Source of the DNA: an uncultured Pseudomonadota bacterium
GTDB taxonomy: Bacteria > Myxococcota_A > Polyangia > Fen-1088
Reading direction: 5' to 3'
Length of the DNA stretch: 64,000 bases
Assembly: GCA_963847705.1 (NCBI GenBank)
Contig: CAWKBC010000027.1
Location: 576,001 to 640,000, forward strand
Numbering within the stretch: the stretch's first letter is position 1; the number at the start of each line of letters is the position of its first letter. Shown here piece by piece: positions 8,496 to 18,273 of the stretch. The translations under genes were made by a program, and so were the position numbers. The notes beneath the pieces were generated by a model. It saw nothing but the letters and a program-made list of their open reading frames with translations, was not told the DNA's origin and ran no database searches.

Positions 8496-9458
8496 TCAGT
8501 CGGCGCCGAAGGCGTAGACGACGGTGTGCCGGTAGGTGTCGCCCGGGTGGAGCAGCACCTGGCTGCGCCACTCGGGGATGTTGATGGCGTCCGGGAAGGC
8601 CTGCGTCTCGAGGCAGAGGCCGGCGTGGCGGACATGCTGGACGCCGCGGCCGGTGGTTGCGCCGTCGAGAAACTTCCCCGCGTAGACCTGCAGCCCCGGC
8701 TGATCGCTGCGGACGACCATCGTGCGGCCCGACTTCGGATCGGCCAGACGCGCGACGGTGCGCATCGGCCCGGTGGTGGGACCGACGACGAAGTTGTGAT
8801 CGAGCTCGGGCGACACGAGCCTGGGGGCCCGATAGTCGAGCGGAGTGCCGGCCACCGGTTCGACCGCGCCGGTGGGGACGACCGGATCGCCCGGGGTGAA
8901 GGTGTCGGCGGCGACCGTCAGCAGGTGTCCGAGGATGTTGCCGGCGCCGGCGAGGTTCCAGTACGCGTGACTGGTCAGGTTGATAGGCGTCGGCTGATCG
9001 GCGGTCGCGCTCATCTCGATGCGCAGCTCGTTGTCGTCCGTGAGCCGGTAGGTCGCCCGCGCCTCGACGGCGCCGGGATACCCGGCGTCCCCTTCGGGCG
9101 AACGATGGAGGAGGGTGAGCGCCGCCCGATCCGCCTCCCCGGGCGCGACGGCCCAGTTGGCGCGGTACCAGCCCCGGCCGCCCCCGTGCAGGTGGTGGGG
9201 CGGGTCGTTGGCGTCGAGGTGGTACGTCACGCCGTCCAGCGTGAAGCGGGCGTCGCGGATCCGGTTCGCCACCCGGCCGCAGATCGCGCCCAGGAAGACG
9301 TTCTGTCGGGCGTAGGCCTCCGGATCGTCCAGTCCCAGCACGACGTTGCCGAGCTTGCCGTCGCGATCGGGGACCCGCAGCTCCACCAGCGTCGCGCCGA
9401 AAGGGAGGAGCGTCGCCGACGCGCCGTGCGCGTTGACCAGCCTGTGAAAACCGCTCAT
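8496..9458 (-). CDS. galM: Aldose 1-epimerase (mutarotase)
   Basis: GRVANRI, HLHGG, NLTSHAYWNL, GLCLETQ. Confidence 0.92.
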   Translation of the reverse strand: MSGFHRLVNAHGASATLLPFGATLVELRVPDRDGKLGNVVLGLDDPEAYARQNVFLGAICGRVANRIRDARFTLDGVTYHLDANDPPHHLHGGGRGWYRANWAVAPGEADRAALTLLHRSPEGDAGYPGAVEARATYRLTDDNELRIEMSATADQPTPINLTSHAYWNLAGAGNILGHLLTVAADTFTPGDPVVPTGAVEPVAGTPLDYRAPRLVSPELDHNFVVGPTTGPMRTVARLADPKSGRTMVVRSDQPGLQVYAGKFLDGATTGRGVQHVRHAGLCLETQAFPDAINIPEWRSQVLLHPGDTYRHTVVYAFGAD

Positions 9459-10924
9459 CGCGCCGCGCGCAGCGCCGGGTAGAGCCGCTGGAAACGCGCG
9501 TAAGGCTCGTCGTAAGCGCGGTGCGCGTCGGGGCGGGGCGCCACGGCCGGACGCCGGCGGATGGTCTTGGCGGCGTCGGCGACGCTGGCGAAGGCGCCCG
9601 CGCCGACGGCGGCCAGCAGCGCGGCGCCGAGCGCGGGGCCCTCGGGCTGATCGACCGGTACCACCGGCTTGCCGTAGACGTCGGCCTGAAGCTGCCGGAC
9701 GAAAGGCGCGTTGGCCCCACCTCCGGTGATCAGCACCTCGGGGACGTCGACGCCGAGCGACTCGATGATCGCCAGGCTGTCGCGCAGGCCGAAGCAGATC
9801 CCCTCCAGCACCGCGCGCGTCAGGTGCGCACGCGTATGCGCCAGCGAGATGCCCACGAAGGCGCCGCGCGCGTCGGCGTCACGATGCGGCGTTCGCTCGC
9901 CCTGGAGATAAGGAAGGAACGTCAGGCCCAGCGCGCCCGGCGGGACGCGCGCCGCCTCCTTGTTGAGAAGCTCGGCGGCGTCCTTCTTCTTGGCCAGCTC
10001 GCGCGCCAGCTCCCGCTGGTGCCAGGCGAAGGCGCCCCCCGCGGTGAGCATCACGCCCATCACGTACCAGGTGTCGGGGGCAGCGTGACAGAAGGTGTGG
10101 GCGCGCATCCCGGGATCGACCTTGGGCGCGGCGGTCGGACAGACGACCGTCCCCGAGGTTCCCCAGCTGGCCACCACGGCGCCCGGCGCGACGGCGCCGA
10201 CACCGATGGCGCCGCAGGCGTTGTCCGCGCCGCCGCCCACGATCGGGGTGCCGGCGGCGAGGCCGGTCACCGCTGCGGCGCGCGCCGAGACGGTGCCGAG
10301 CACGTCGGTCGAGCCCGCAACTTCAGGCAGCAGCGACGGAGCGAGCTCCATCGCGTCGAGCATCTCCCGGCTCCAGCGCCGGTTGGCCACATCGAGCAGC
10401 AGCGTCCCCGCCGCGTCGGAGTACTCCGTGGCCAGCGTCCCCGAGAGCTGCAGCCGGATGTAGTCCTTGGGCAGCAGCACCTTGGCCAGCCGCGCGAAGG
10501 CGGCCGGCTCGTTGTCGCGCAGCCAGAGGATCTTCGGCAGGGTGAACCCCTCCATCGGAGGGTTCGAGACCCAGGCCCGCAGCGAGGCCTCGTCGACCCG
10601 GGCCGCGATGGCGCGGCACTGGGCGGTGGTCCGCCCGTCGCACCAGAGCAGGGCGGGGCGGATCACCTTGTTGGCGCTGTCGAGAAAGACCGACGAGTGC
10701 ATCTGCCCCGACAGACCGACAGCGTCGATCTTCCGCTTGCCGACCGCGCGCTTGATCGCGCGCATCGCGGCCTTCCACCAGTCGGCCGGGCTCTGCTCCG
10801 CCCAGCCGGGCTGCGGGACGCGCATCGCCAGCGGTTCGCTGGCGCGCGCGACCGTCTTACCGCGACCGTCGACGACCAACGCCTTGACGTTGGTCGTCCC
10901 GACATCGATGCCGAGAAAGTTCAC
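9455..10924 (-). CDS. xylB: Xylulokinase
   Basis: FGGY kinase motifs (GIDVGTT, SGQMHS, GGGADNA, PYLQGERTPH); adjacent to xylose isomerase. Confidence 0.92.
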   Translation of the reverse strand: MNFLGIDVGTTNVKALVVDGRGKTVARASEPLAMRVPQPGWAEQSPADWWKAAMRAIKRAVGKRKIDAVGLSGQMHSSVFLDSANKVIRPALLWCDGRTTAQCRAIAARVDEASLRAWVSNPPMEGFTLPKILWLRDNEPAAFARLAKVLLPKDYIRLQLSGTLATEYSDAAGTLLLDVANRRWSREMLDAMELAPSLLPEVAGSTDVLGTVSARAAAVTGLAAGTPIVGGGADNACGAIGVGAVAPGAVVASWGTSGTVVCPTAAPKVDPGMRAHTFCHAAPDTWYVMGVMLTAGGAFAWHQRELARELAKKKDAAELLNKEAARVPPGALGLTFLPYLQGERTPHRDADARGAFVGISLAHTRAHLTRAVLEGICFGLRDSLAIIESLGVDVPEVLITGGGANAPFVRQLQADVYGKPVVPVDQPEGPALGAALLAAVGAGAFASVADAAKTIRRRPAVAPRPDAHRAYDEPYARFQRLYPALRAAR

Positions 10925-10939
10925 GAGGTCAGTCGCTCA

Positions 10940-11014
10940 GCGCGTGGGGGAGAGCCGGCTTTGCCGGCTCGAGCCCTTCGCGGGAGGGTTTGGGAACCCG
11001 TTGCGGGTTCCCAT
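10940..11014. repeat. Intergenic double-hairpin repeat, copy 1
   Basis: GCGCGT..GAGCCGGC-TTT-GCCGGCTC..GCGGGAGG..TGGGAACCCG-TTG-CGGGTTCCCA; homologous to 22807-22881 and 26979-27050. Confidence 0.8.
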
Positions 11015-12222
11015 TATCCACGAACGCCGAGCAAGATCTCGGTCGTCAGCTGATCGAGGCGCTCGAACTCGAAGCCCTTCACCGCCATCGCCTTGGCGTC
11101 GAAGTCATGCGCCTTGAGCGTCGCGGCCGTCTTCTTGTCGTACTTGAAGTGCGGGCCCAGGCCGCCGGTCAGGGTGGTGTTGCGCACCTCCTGCGTGGCC
11201 AGGATCTCGCGGATCTCGGCGTCGGCGTGGAAGCGCGCCACCTTGTCCTTGAGGATGTTGTAGGACCGCATGCTGTAGTAGGCGAAGTCCCAGACGCCCT
11301 GCTCGTCCTCGGTGCGGTAGGCGTGGCTGTCGAAGTGGCGCATGCCGTCCCAGCGCGAGTCCTCGAGCAGCTTGACCAGGAAGAAGGCGCCCTTCTGATC
11401 TTCGCTGGCGAAGCGGAGGTCCTGATCGTAGCGGCCCGGCTTCTGGCCGTTCAGATCGATGTGGAACAGCTTGCCGCACTCGATGGCCTGACCGACGGCG
11501 TGCGAGAAGTCGAGCCCCGGCATCACCTCGTGCGCGACCTCGGGGTTCACGCCGACCATCTCGTGGTGATCGAGCGTGTAGATGAAGGCCAGCATGTGGC
11601 CGGTGGTCGGCAGGAAGATGTCGCCACGCGGCTCGTTCGGCTTGGCCTCCAGCGCGAACTTCAGGTTGTAGCCGTTGTCGCGCACGTACTCGCAGAGGAA
11701 GTTGATCGCTTCGCGGAAGCGCTTCACCGCGTCGCGCGGATCCTTGGCGGCGTTGGTCTCGAGACCTTCCCGCCCGCCCCAGAAGACGTAAGTGCTGGCG
11801 CCGAGGTCGACGCCGAGATCGATCGCCCGCATCGTCTTCGACAGCGCGAGCGCGCGGATGCCGGCGTCGTTGCTGGTGAAGGCCCCCTCGCGGAAGACCG
11901 GCTGCGAGAAGAGGTTGGTGGTCGCCATCGGGACCTTCATTCCCGTCTCGGCGAGCGCACCCTTGAACTCGCGGATGATCTTCTCACGCTCGGCCGTGGT
12001 GGCCTCGTACGGAATCAGATCCTCGTCGTGCAAGTTGACGCCGTAGGCGCCGAGCTTGCTGAGCTCGTGGACAATCTTCACGGGCGGCAGCACCTCACGC
12101 ACGGCGTGGCCGAACGGATCGCGACCCGTGTTGCCAACCGTCCAGAGACCGAACGTGAAGTGGTCCTCGGGGCGGGGGTTGAACTTATCGTTTGGGTAAC
12201 GTGAATGAGAAGATCGGTTCAT
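11014..12222 (-). CDS. xylA: Xylose isomerase (short, class I type)
   Basis: FTFGLWTVG..GRDPFG, VFWGGREG, EAKPNEPRGD, NPEVAHE, HIDLNGQ, DQDLRF; about 402 aa from ATG 12222. Confidence 0.95.
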   Translation of the reverse strand: MNRSSHSRYPNDKFNPRPEDHFTFGLWTVGNTGRDPFGHAVREVLPPVKIVHELSKLGAYGVNLHDEDLIPYEATTAEREKIIREFKGALAETGMKVPMATTNLFSQPVFREGAFTSNDAGIRALALSKTMRAIDLGVDLGASTYVFWGGREGLETNAAKDPRDAVKRFREAINFLCEYVRDNGYNLKFALEAKPNEPRGDIFLPTTGHMLAFIYTLDHHEMVGVNPEVAHEVMPGLDFSHAVGQAIECGKLFHIDLNGQKPGRYDQDLRFASEDQKGAFFLVKLLEDSRWDGMRHFDSHAYRTEDEQGVWDFAYYSMRSYNILKDKVARFHADAEIREILATQEVRNTTLTGGLGPHFKYDKKTAATLKAHDFDAKAMAVKGFEFERLDQLTTEILLGVRG

Positions 12223-12250
12223 GGCGCTTAGGTTACTATCCCGGCCCATC

Positions 12251-13267
12251 ATGACAAAGAACTCAATGCTCGCCCGCGGCGGAATTGCCGCTGAAGTTCT
12301 CATTTCTGTTCTCATTTTTGGCGGCGCCTGCAACCGGACGCCCGCGGGCGCCGGCTCCGGGGGGGCGGCCGCACCGGCGCCCAGTTTCGTGAAGCTCGGT
12401 TTCGTTACCAACAACACCAGCGAATTCTGGAAAATCGCAGGGGCAGGGATCCACAAGTACGAGAAGGAAGCGAAGGTTCAAGTCGACTTGAAGCTGCCGG
12501 CCAGCGGCACCGCCGAGAGTCAGAACCAGATCCTGCAGGATCTCGCCAGTCAGGGGTATGGCGCGATCGCCGTCAGCGCCATCGCGCCGGACGATCAGGT
12601 GCCGCTGCTCGACAAGATCGCCGAGAAGACCAACCTCATCACCTTCGACTCTGACGCGCCCAAGTCCAAGCGGCTGCTCTACATCGGGACCGACAACTAC
12701 GAGGCCGGGAAGGTGCTGGGGGGCCGGATTGTCACGCTGCTTCCCAAGGGGGGGAAGATCGCGGTCTTCGTCGGGACGTTCGCGGCCGACAACGCGGCCC
12801 AGCGTTTCAAGGGGATCGCCGACGTGATCGCCGGGCACAAGATCGACATCATCGACAAGCGCGAGGACAACACCGACCGGGCCAAGGCGCGCTCCAACGT
12901 CGAGGATCTGGTCAACGCGCATCACGACCTGGCGCTGGTGGTCGGTCTTTACAACTACAACGGGCCGGCCATCGCGGCCGCGCTGGACGGGCTCGGCAAG
13001 AAGGGGAAGGTGCTGGCGGCCGTGTTCGACGAGGACGACGGGACGCTGGACGGGATCGAGAGCGGCGCCATCCAGGTCACGGTGGTCCAGAAGCCGTTCA
13101 TGTTCGGCTACCTCGCCTCGAAGTGGATGCATGAGCTGGCCACCAAGGGCGAGGCGGCGAAAGCGGCCATCCCCCCCAATCACAGCATCGACACCGGCGT
13201 CGATTTGATCGATAAGAGCAACGTCGCTGGCTTCAAGGCCAAGCTGGCCGAGCTGAAGCGTTCGTAG
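12251..13267 (+). CDS. Sugar ABC transporter substrate-binding lipoprotein (RbsB-like)
   Basis: Lipobox GAC; LITFDSD, YIGTDNYEAG, VVQKPFMFGY. Confidence 0.88.
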   Translation: MTKNSMLARGGIAAEVLISVLIFGGACNRTPAGAGSGGAAAPAPSFVKLGFVTNNTSEFWKIAGAGIHKYEKEAKVQVDLKLPASGTAESQNQILQDLASQGYGAIAVSAIAPDDQVPLLDKIAEKTNLITFDSDAPKSKRLLYIGTDNYEAGKVLGGRIVTLLPKGGKIAVFVGTFAADNAAQRFKGIADVIAGHKIDIIDKREDNTDRAKARSNVEDLVNAHHDLALVVGLYNYNGPAIAAALDGLGKKGKVLAAVFDEDDGTLDGIESGAIQVTVVQKPFMFGYLASKWMHELATKGEAAKAAIPPNHSIDTGVDLIDKSNVAGFKAKLAELKRS

Positions 13268-13285
13268 CCGACCACCACCACTTCC

Positions 13286-14839
13286 GTGAGCACGACCGAG
13301 ATCTCGACCGACTCTTCTCTCACCGCGGCGCCGCGTCTCGAGATGCGGGGCATCGGCAAGCGCTTCGCCGGCGTGACGGCGTTGCGCGACGTTTCGCTCT
13401 TCGCCCGTGGCGGCGAGGTGCTGGCGCTGATGGGGGAGAACGGCGCCGGCAAGAGCACGCTCATGAAGATCCTGGGCGGCGTTCAGCCCCCCGACACCGG
13501 CGAGATCCGGATCGAGGGCAAGCCGGTCGTCATCGACGGGGTGCGGTCGGCCAAGAAGCTGGGGATCGCGCTCATCCACCAGGAGCTGATGCTGGCGCCG
13601 AACCTCGACATCGCGGCCAACATCTTTCTCGGCACCGAGGGGACGCCGTTCCTCTTGTCTCCGCTGCCGCGGGCGGCGATGAACAGGAAGGCGACGGCGC
13701 TTCTGGCGCGCGTGGGGCTGGAGTTACCGCCCACCACGCTCGTGAGCGACTTGACCGTCGGTCAGATGCAGATGGTGGAGATCGCGCGGGCGCTCTCGTC
13801 GGACGCCCGCATCCTGATCATGGACGAGCCCACCGCCTCGCTGTCGGCGAACGAGTCGGAGAAGCTGTTCGAGGTCATCCGCAAGCTGCGCGCGGACGGC
13901 GTCTGCATCATCTACATCTCGCACCGCATGGAGGAGGTCCAGCTGCTGGCCGACCGCGTGACCGTCCTGCGCGACGGGCGCTTCGCCGGCGACCTGGCGA
14001 AGGCCGAGGCGTCCTCCGACAAGATCGTGGCCTTGATGGTCGGCCGCGAGCTGTCGGGCGCCTACTTCCCCGAGCGGAAGGATCGCGTCTCGGGTGAGGT
14101 GGTCCTCGAGGTGAAGGACCTGCTCGTCCCGGGCGCACCGGCCGGCGTCAGCTTCGTCGCGCGCCGGGGCGAGATCCTGGGCTTCGCCGGGCTGGTGGGG
14201 GCGGGCCGCACCGAGCTGGTCACGACGATCTTCGGCGTCACCCCGGCGCATTCCGGCACGATGCTCCTTGACGGTGTCCCGTTCGCGCCGCGCAACCCGC
14301 GCGACGCCATCAATCGCGGCGTCTACCTGGCGCCCGAGGATCGCAAGCACCACGGCCTGGTGCTGCCGATGTCGATCACCGAGAACACCACGCTTCCTGG
14401 GCTTCGGGCCTACAGCCGCTGGGGTCGCCTCGACGGCGCGGCCGAGCGCCGGGTGGCCGAGGCGGAGGTGGCGCGGCTGGGGACGCGGACCCCCAGCGTC
14501 CGCCAGAAAGTCGTGACACTTTCGGGCGGCAACCAGCAAAAGGTGGTGCTGGGAAAATGGCTGGCGATGAATCCACGGGTGCTGATCCTCGACGAGCCGA
14601 CGCGCGGGATCGACGTCGGCGCCCGGGCGGAGATCTACCGGCACATCGCCAAGCTGGCGGCGGACGGGATTGCCGTGGTGGTCGTGAGCTCAGACATGGA
14701 AGAGGTGATTGGACTATGCGATCGGGTTCTCGTGATGCGTGAGCGGCGAATGACGGGTCTGCTCACAGGCGGTGACATCACCCAGGCGCGCATCGGCGCG
14801 CTCATGACGGGCGCCGTGCGCGCCGAGGCGGCAGCGTGA
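13286..14839 (+). CDS. Sugar ABC transporter ATP-binding protein (RbsA/XylG type)
   Basis: GENGAGKST, DEPT, LSGGNQQKV, two ABC halves. Confidence 0.93.
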   Translation: MSTTEISTDSSLTAAPRLEMRGIGKRFAGVTALRDVSLFARGGEVLALMGENGAGKSTLMKILGGVQPPDTGEIRIEGKPVVIDGVRSAKKLGIALIHQELMLAPNLDIAANIFLGTEGTPFLLSPLPRAAMNRKATALLARVGLELPPTTLVSDLTVGQMQMVEIARALSSDARILIMDEPTASLSANESEKLFEVIRKLRADGVCIIYISHRMEEVQLLADRVTVLRDGRFAGDLAKAEASSDKIVALMVGRELSGAYFPERKDRVSGEVVLEVKDLLVPGAPAGVSFVARRGEILGFAGLVGAGRTELVTTIFGVTPAHSGTMLLDGVPFAPRNPRDAINRGVYLAPEDRKHHGLVLPMSITENTTLPGLRAYSRWGRLDGAAERRVAEAEVARLGTRTPSVRQKVVTLSGGNQQKVVLGKWLAMNPRVLILDEPTRGIDVGARAEIYRHIAKLAADGIAVVVVSSDMEEVIGLCDRVLVMRERRMTGLLTGGDITQARIGALMTGAVRAEAAA

Positions 14840-15891
14840 AGCGCGAGCTGGGGATGGGCGCCGCGTTGGCGGTGATCTGCCTGGCGCTCTTCATTTCGAA
14901 CAGCGACTTCCTGGGCCAGTCGAACGCCGTCAACACGCTCCGCCAGATCTCCATGCTGGGGATCTACGCCATCGGCAGCGGCTTCGTGATCGTGACCGGA
15001 GGGATCGACCTGTCGGTCGGCTCCGTCGTCGGGCTGACGGGCGTCATCATCGCCCGGGTCTCGTCGCAGGCGACGGGTGGAGGCGGGCACTCGCTGCTGC
15101 TGGGGATCGTCGTGGCGCTCGCCGTCGCCCTGCTCATCGGGCTCGCGCAGGGGCTGCTCATCACGCGCCTCAACCTGCAGCCCTTCATCGTCACGCTGGC
15201 GGGGATGCTGTTCATTCGCGGGATCTCGCAGACGGTCGTCCAGGGAGGCACGCTGAGCCTGGGGACGTCGCCGCTGCTGGGTCTGGCCAACGGCGGTCTC
15301 TTCATGCATGGCGGCGACCCGCTGGTCCCGTGGCCGCTGCTGATCTTCCTGGGGGTGATCGCTGTCGGCGGCTACGCCCTGCACGCGACGGTGTTCGGTC
15401 GCTACCTCTACGCCATCGGCGGCAACCGCGAGGCGGCGGCCTACTCCGGGATCCCGGTGAAGCGGATCGAGACCACCACCTACGTCATCTCGGCCGGCCT
15501 GGCCGGGGTGGCCGGCGTCTGCTACGCGGCCTACATTGGCCAGATGTCGCAGCAGGTCGGCGTCGCCTACGAGCTCTACGCCATCGCCGCCGTGGTCCTC
15601 GGCGGCTGCTCGCTGCGCGGCGGCGAGGGGACCGTCCTCGGCATCGTGATCGGCTCGGCGATGATGAAGGTCATCGACAACGGCATCAACATGTTCCAGG
15701 TCCGCTACCAGGACGCCGACGGCGTTCCGAGGCTCTGGCGGCTCGACGCCAACTGGACGTTCATCATCGTCGGCTCGGTCATCCTGATCGCCGTGGTGCT
15801 CGACCAGGTCGTCCACGTGGTGCAGGCCAAACGCCGCCTGCGCCCGGTCGAGGCGCCGGTGGCGCCCGCGCCTTCGATTCCCGCCGTCTGA
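14836..15891 (+). CDS. Sugar ABC transporter permease (RbsC type)
   Basis: TGGIDLSVG, YAIGGNREAA, YELYAIAAVVLGG. Confidence 0.92.
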   Translation: MKRELGMGAALAVICLALFISNSDFLGQSNAVNTLRQISMLGIYAIGSGFVIVTGGIDLSVGSVVGLTGVIIARVSSQATGGGGHSLLLGIVVALAVALLIGLAQGLLITRLNLQPFIVTLAGMLFIRGISQTVVQGGTLSLGTSPLLGLANGGLFMHGGDPLVPWPLLIFLGVIAVGGYALHATVFGRYLYAIGGNREAAAYSGIPVKRIETTTYVISAGLAGVAGVCYAAYIGQMSQQVGVAYELYAIAAVVLGGCSLRGGEGTVLGIVIGSAMMKVIDNGINMFQVRYQDADGVPRLWRLDANWTFIIVGSVILIAVVLDQVVHVVQAKRRLRPVEAPVAPAPSIPAV

Positions 15892-15932
15892 GGCTGGTCC
15901 GGAATCCGTCGGGTCGGACTTGCACGGCCGGA

Positions 15933-16199
15933 GTGACCCAACACAATATCATCAGCCGGCAGGAGGTCGTCGAGCTCATCGACACGGTGATGGTGGCGCC
16001 CGTGAGGTCGAGCATTCGCGGGGCACCGTCGGAGGTCGTCGTGGGAACCGTGGAGGGACTCAAGCACGAATCGGGCGTCTCCCTGGACCACGTCCAGACC
16101 GTAGAAAAACGTCGTCTTCGAAGCTGCGTGGGACGTCTCGGGCCGTCGAAGATGGCCGCGCTCTCTCGAGCCCTGGCGGTGGCGACAGGCTGCGTTTAG
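15933..16199 (+). pseudogene. PemK/MazF toxin remnant, N-terminally truncated
   Basis: VMVAPVRSSIRG..SEV..EGLKHESGVSLDHVQTVEK..L..VGRL..M..ALAVATGC; the N-terminal RG(E/D)..KRRP segment and an antitoxin are missing. Confidence 0.7.
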
Positions 16200-16714
16200 A
16201 GCGCGCCCGGCAGGCCGAGCTGGCCCGAAGATGCCGTCCGCGCCTCGAGCTCCAGGAGGAGGCGCTTCCTGGGCAGGCCGCCGCCGTAGCCCGTCATCGA
16301 GCCATCGGCGCCGATGACGCGGTGGCAGGGGATGATGATGGCGATCGGGTTGCGGTGGTTGGCGCCGCCGACGGCGCGCGAGGCGTCCGGCCGGCCGACC
16401 GCGCGGGCGATCTCGCCGTAGGTCGCGGTCCCTCCGAAGGGGATTCGCACCAGCGCGGCCCAGACCTTCCTTTGAAAGGCGGTCCCGGGCGGGACGAGCG
16501 GGAGATCGAAGCGCGTCCGCGCGCCGGCGAAGTACTCCTCGAGCTGCTTCATCGCCGGGCGCAGCCGGCGGTCGTCTCGCCTGCTGTCGGCGCGCATCTT
16601 CGCGGCGAGGGGATCCTGGTCGAAGTAGAGGCCGACCAGATCGTCCCCCTGGCCGACCAGGGTCAGCTGGCCAACCGGGCTCGACATGGTGCTGGAGAAG
16701 GTGCTGTTGCTCAT
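16196..16714 (-). CDS. ogt: Methylated-DNA--protein-cysteine methyltransferase
   Basis: GTAFQRKVW, RAVGGAN, IIIPCHRV; AGGAG RBS before ATG 16714. Confidence 0.93.
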   Translation of the reverse strand: MSNSTFSSTMSSPVGQLTLVGQGDDLVGLYFDQDPLAAKMRADSRRDDRRLRPAMKQLEEYFAGARTRFDLPLVPPGTAFQRKVWAALVRIPFGGTATYGEIARAVGRPDASRAVGGANHRNPIAIIIPCHRVIGADGSMTGYGGGLPRKRLLLELEARTASSGQLGLPGAL

Positions 16715-18273
16715 GGCTGACTTGCTCCTGCGAGTTGGTTGCTGGAACGCGGACGAAGTTGGGCGCCTCGCGTGGCTGCCCGCTGGGTGCCGCGCTCGGT
16801 CCAAAGATGGGTGGCGCCGTAAGCCCGCCAGGGGCTCCAGCGCTGGGCGAGGGCGCGGGCCTGGCGCCCGGAGATGCCGCCGAGCGCCTGGCGCAGGACG
16901 AGATCGTCCTCGGGGAAGGCGTCGGGCCAGCCGAGACCACGCATCGCCAGGCAGTGCGCGGTCCAGGGACCCACGCCCGGCAACGCGACCAGCTGCTCGA
17001 CCAGCCGCGCCGGCTCACCCACGGCGTCGAGCGAGAGCTCCCCGCGCGAGACCGCGCGGGCCAGCATGCGCAACGTCGCGGCGCGGCTGCCGGGGACACC
17101 CAGCGCCGCCAGATCGCGCGCGGTCGCGCCCGCGATGGCGTCCGCGTCGGGAAAGAGGTGCGTCAACGTCGGGGAGGGCGTGGCGATCGCCCGGCCCAGC
17201 CGGCTGGTGAGCCGCCCGGCGATGGTCCCCCCGGCCGCGACGCTCACCTGCTGTCCGAGCACCGCCCGTGCGGCCGCCTCGAACGGATCGAAGGCGCCGG
17301 CCACGCGCAGTCCCGGGCGGGCCCGCACGTGCGGGGCCAGCCGCCGATCGCGCGCGAGGTGAGCGGCGATCGCCGCGGGGCGCGCGTCGAGATCGAAGAG
17401 CCGCCGCAGCCGCGCCACCACCGACATGAGCGCTCCGGTGAGTGAGGTCGAGATCGTCGCCCGCAAGGCCGGCCGTTTGGGATCGGGAGCGGGATCGGGC
17501 GCCACCGACAGCCATCCCCGGTGCGCGCCGACGGCGGCGGTCCGCAGGTAGACGCCGTCGCGCACCAGCTCGACGCCCGGGATGGCGTGCGCGGCGAGGT
17601 AGCCCAGGATCGCGGGCCAGTCGTAAGGCGACCGGTAGGGGAGCCGCACGGTCACCGCCTCCTCGGGTGGTTCGCCGGCGCGCGATTCCCGGTCGCCACC
17701 GCTGCGCCGCATGGCAGAGGGCGGGCGGCCGTAGCGGGCCTGCACGGCAGCGTTGAAGCGCCGCACGCTGCGGAACCCGCTGGCGAAGGCGACCTCGGTC
17801 ATCGGCAGCGCGGTGTCGACGATCAGCTGCCGGGCCAGCGCCAGCCGCCGCGACTCGGCCAGGGGCAGGGGCCCCACGCCGATCTCGGCCTGCATGGCCC
17901 GGCGGAGGTGTCGGCCGGAGACGCCCAGCGCGGCGGCCAGCTCCTCCACACTCGTCCCGTCGGAGAGCGCCCCGTCTTCGATCCGGCGCATCGCCGCGAC
18001 GACCAGACGCGACAGCGCGTCGACCGGCGCCGCGCCGGGCGCCAGCTCGGGGCGGCAGCGGAAGCAGGAGCGGAACCCGGCCGTCTCGGCCTCGGCGGCG
18101 GTTCGAAAGAAGAGGCAGCGATCGCGCCCGGGTGTGCGTGCCGGACAAATCGGACGGCAGTAGATCCCGGTGGTCTTGACCGCGACGAAGAAGATCCCGT
18201 CGAAGCGGACGTCGCGGGCGACGATGGCCCGGTAGCAGGAATCGGGATCGAGAGGCGACACGGGTCCAACCAT
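16711..18273 (-). CDS. alkA: Ada-like regulator / DNA-3-methyladenine glycosylase II fusion
   Basis: TTGIYCRPICP and FRSCFRCRP Zn motif, AraC HTH, AlkA_N, LPGVGPWTA HhH; start may be GTG 18261. Confidence 0.92.
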   Translation of the reverse strand: MVGPVSPLDPDSCYRAIVARDVRFDGIFFVAVKTTGIYCRPICPARTPGRDRCLFFRTAAEAETAGFRSCFRCRPELAPGAAPVDALSRLVVAAMRRIEDGALSDGTSVEELAAALGVSGRHLRRAMQAEIGVGPLPLAESRRLALARQLIVDTALPMTEVAFASGFRSVRRFNAAVQARYGRPPSAMRRSGGDRESRAGEPPEEAVTVRLPYRSPYDWPAILGYLAAHAIPGVELVRDGVYLRTAAVGAHRGWLSVAPDPAPDPKRPALRATISTSLTGALMSVVARLRRLFDLDARPAAIAAHLARDRRLAPHVRARPGLRVAGAFDPFEAAARAVLGQQVSVAAGGTIAGRLTSRLGRAIATPSPTLTHLFPDADAIAGATARDLAALGVPGSRAATLRMLARAVSRGELSLDAVGEPARLVEQLVALPGVGPWTAHCLAMRGLGWPDAFPEDDLVLRQALGGISGRQARALAQRWSPWRAYGATHLWTERGTQRAATRGAQLRPRSSNQLAGASQP

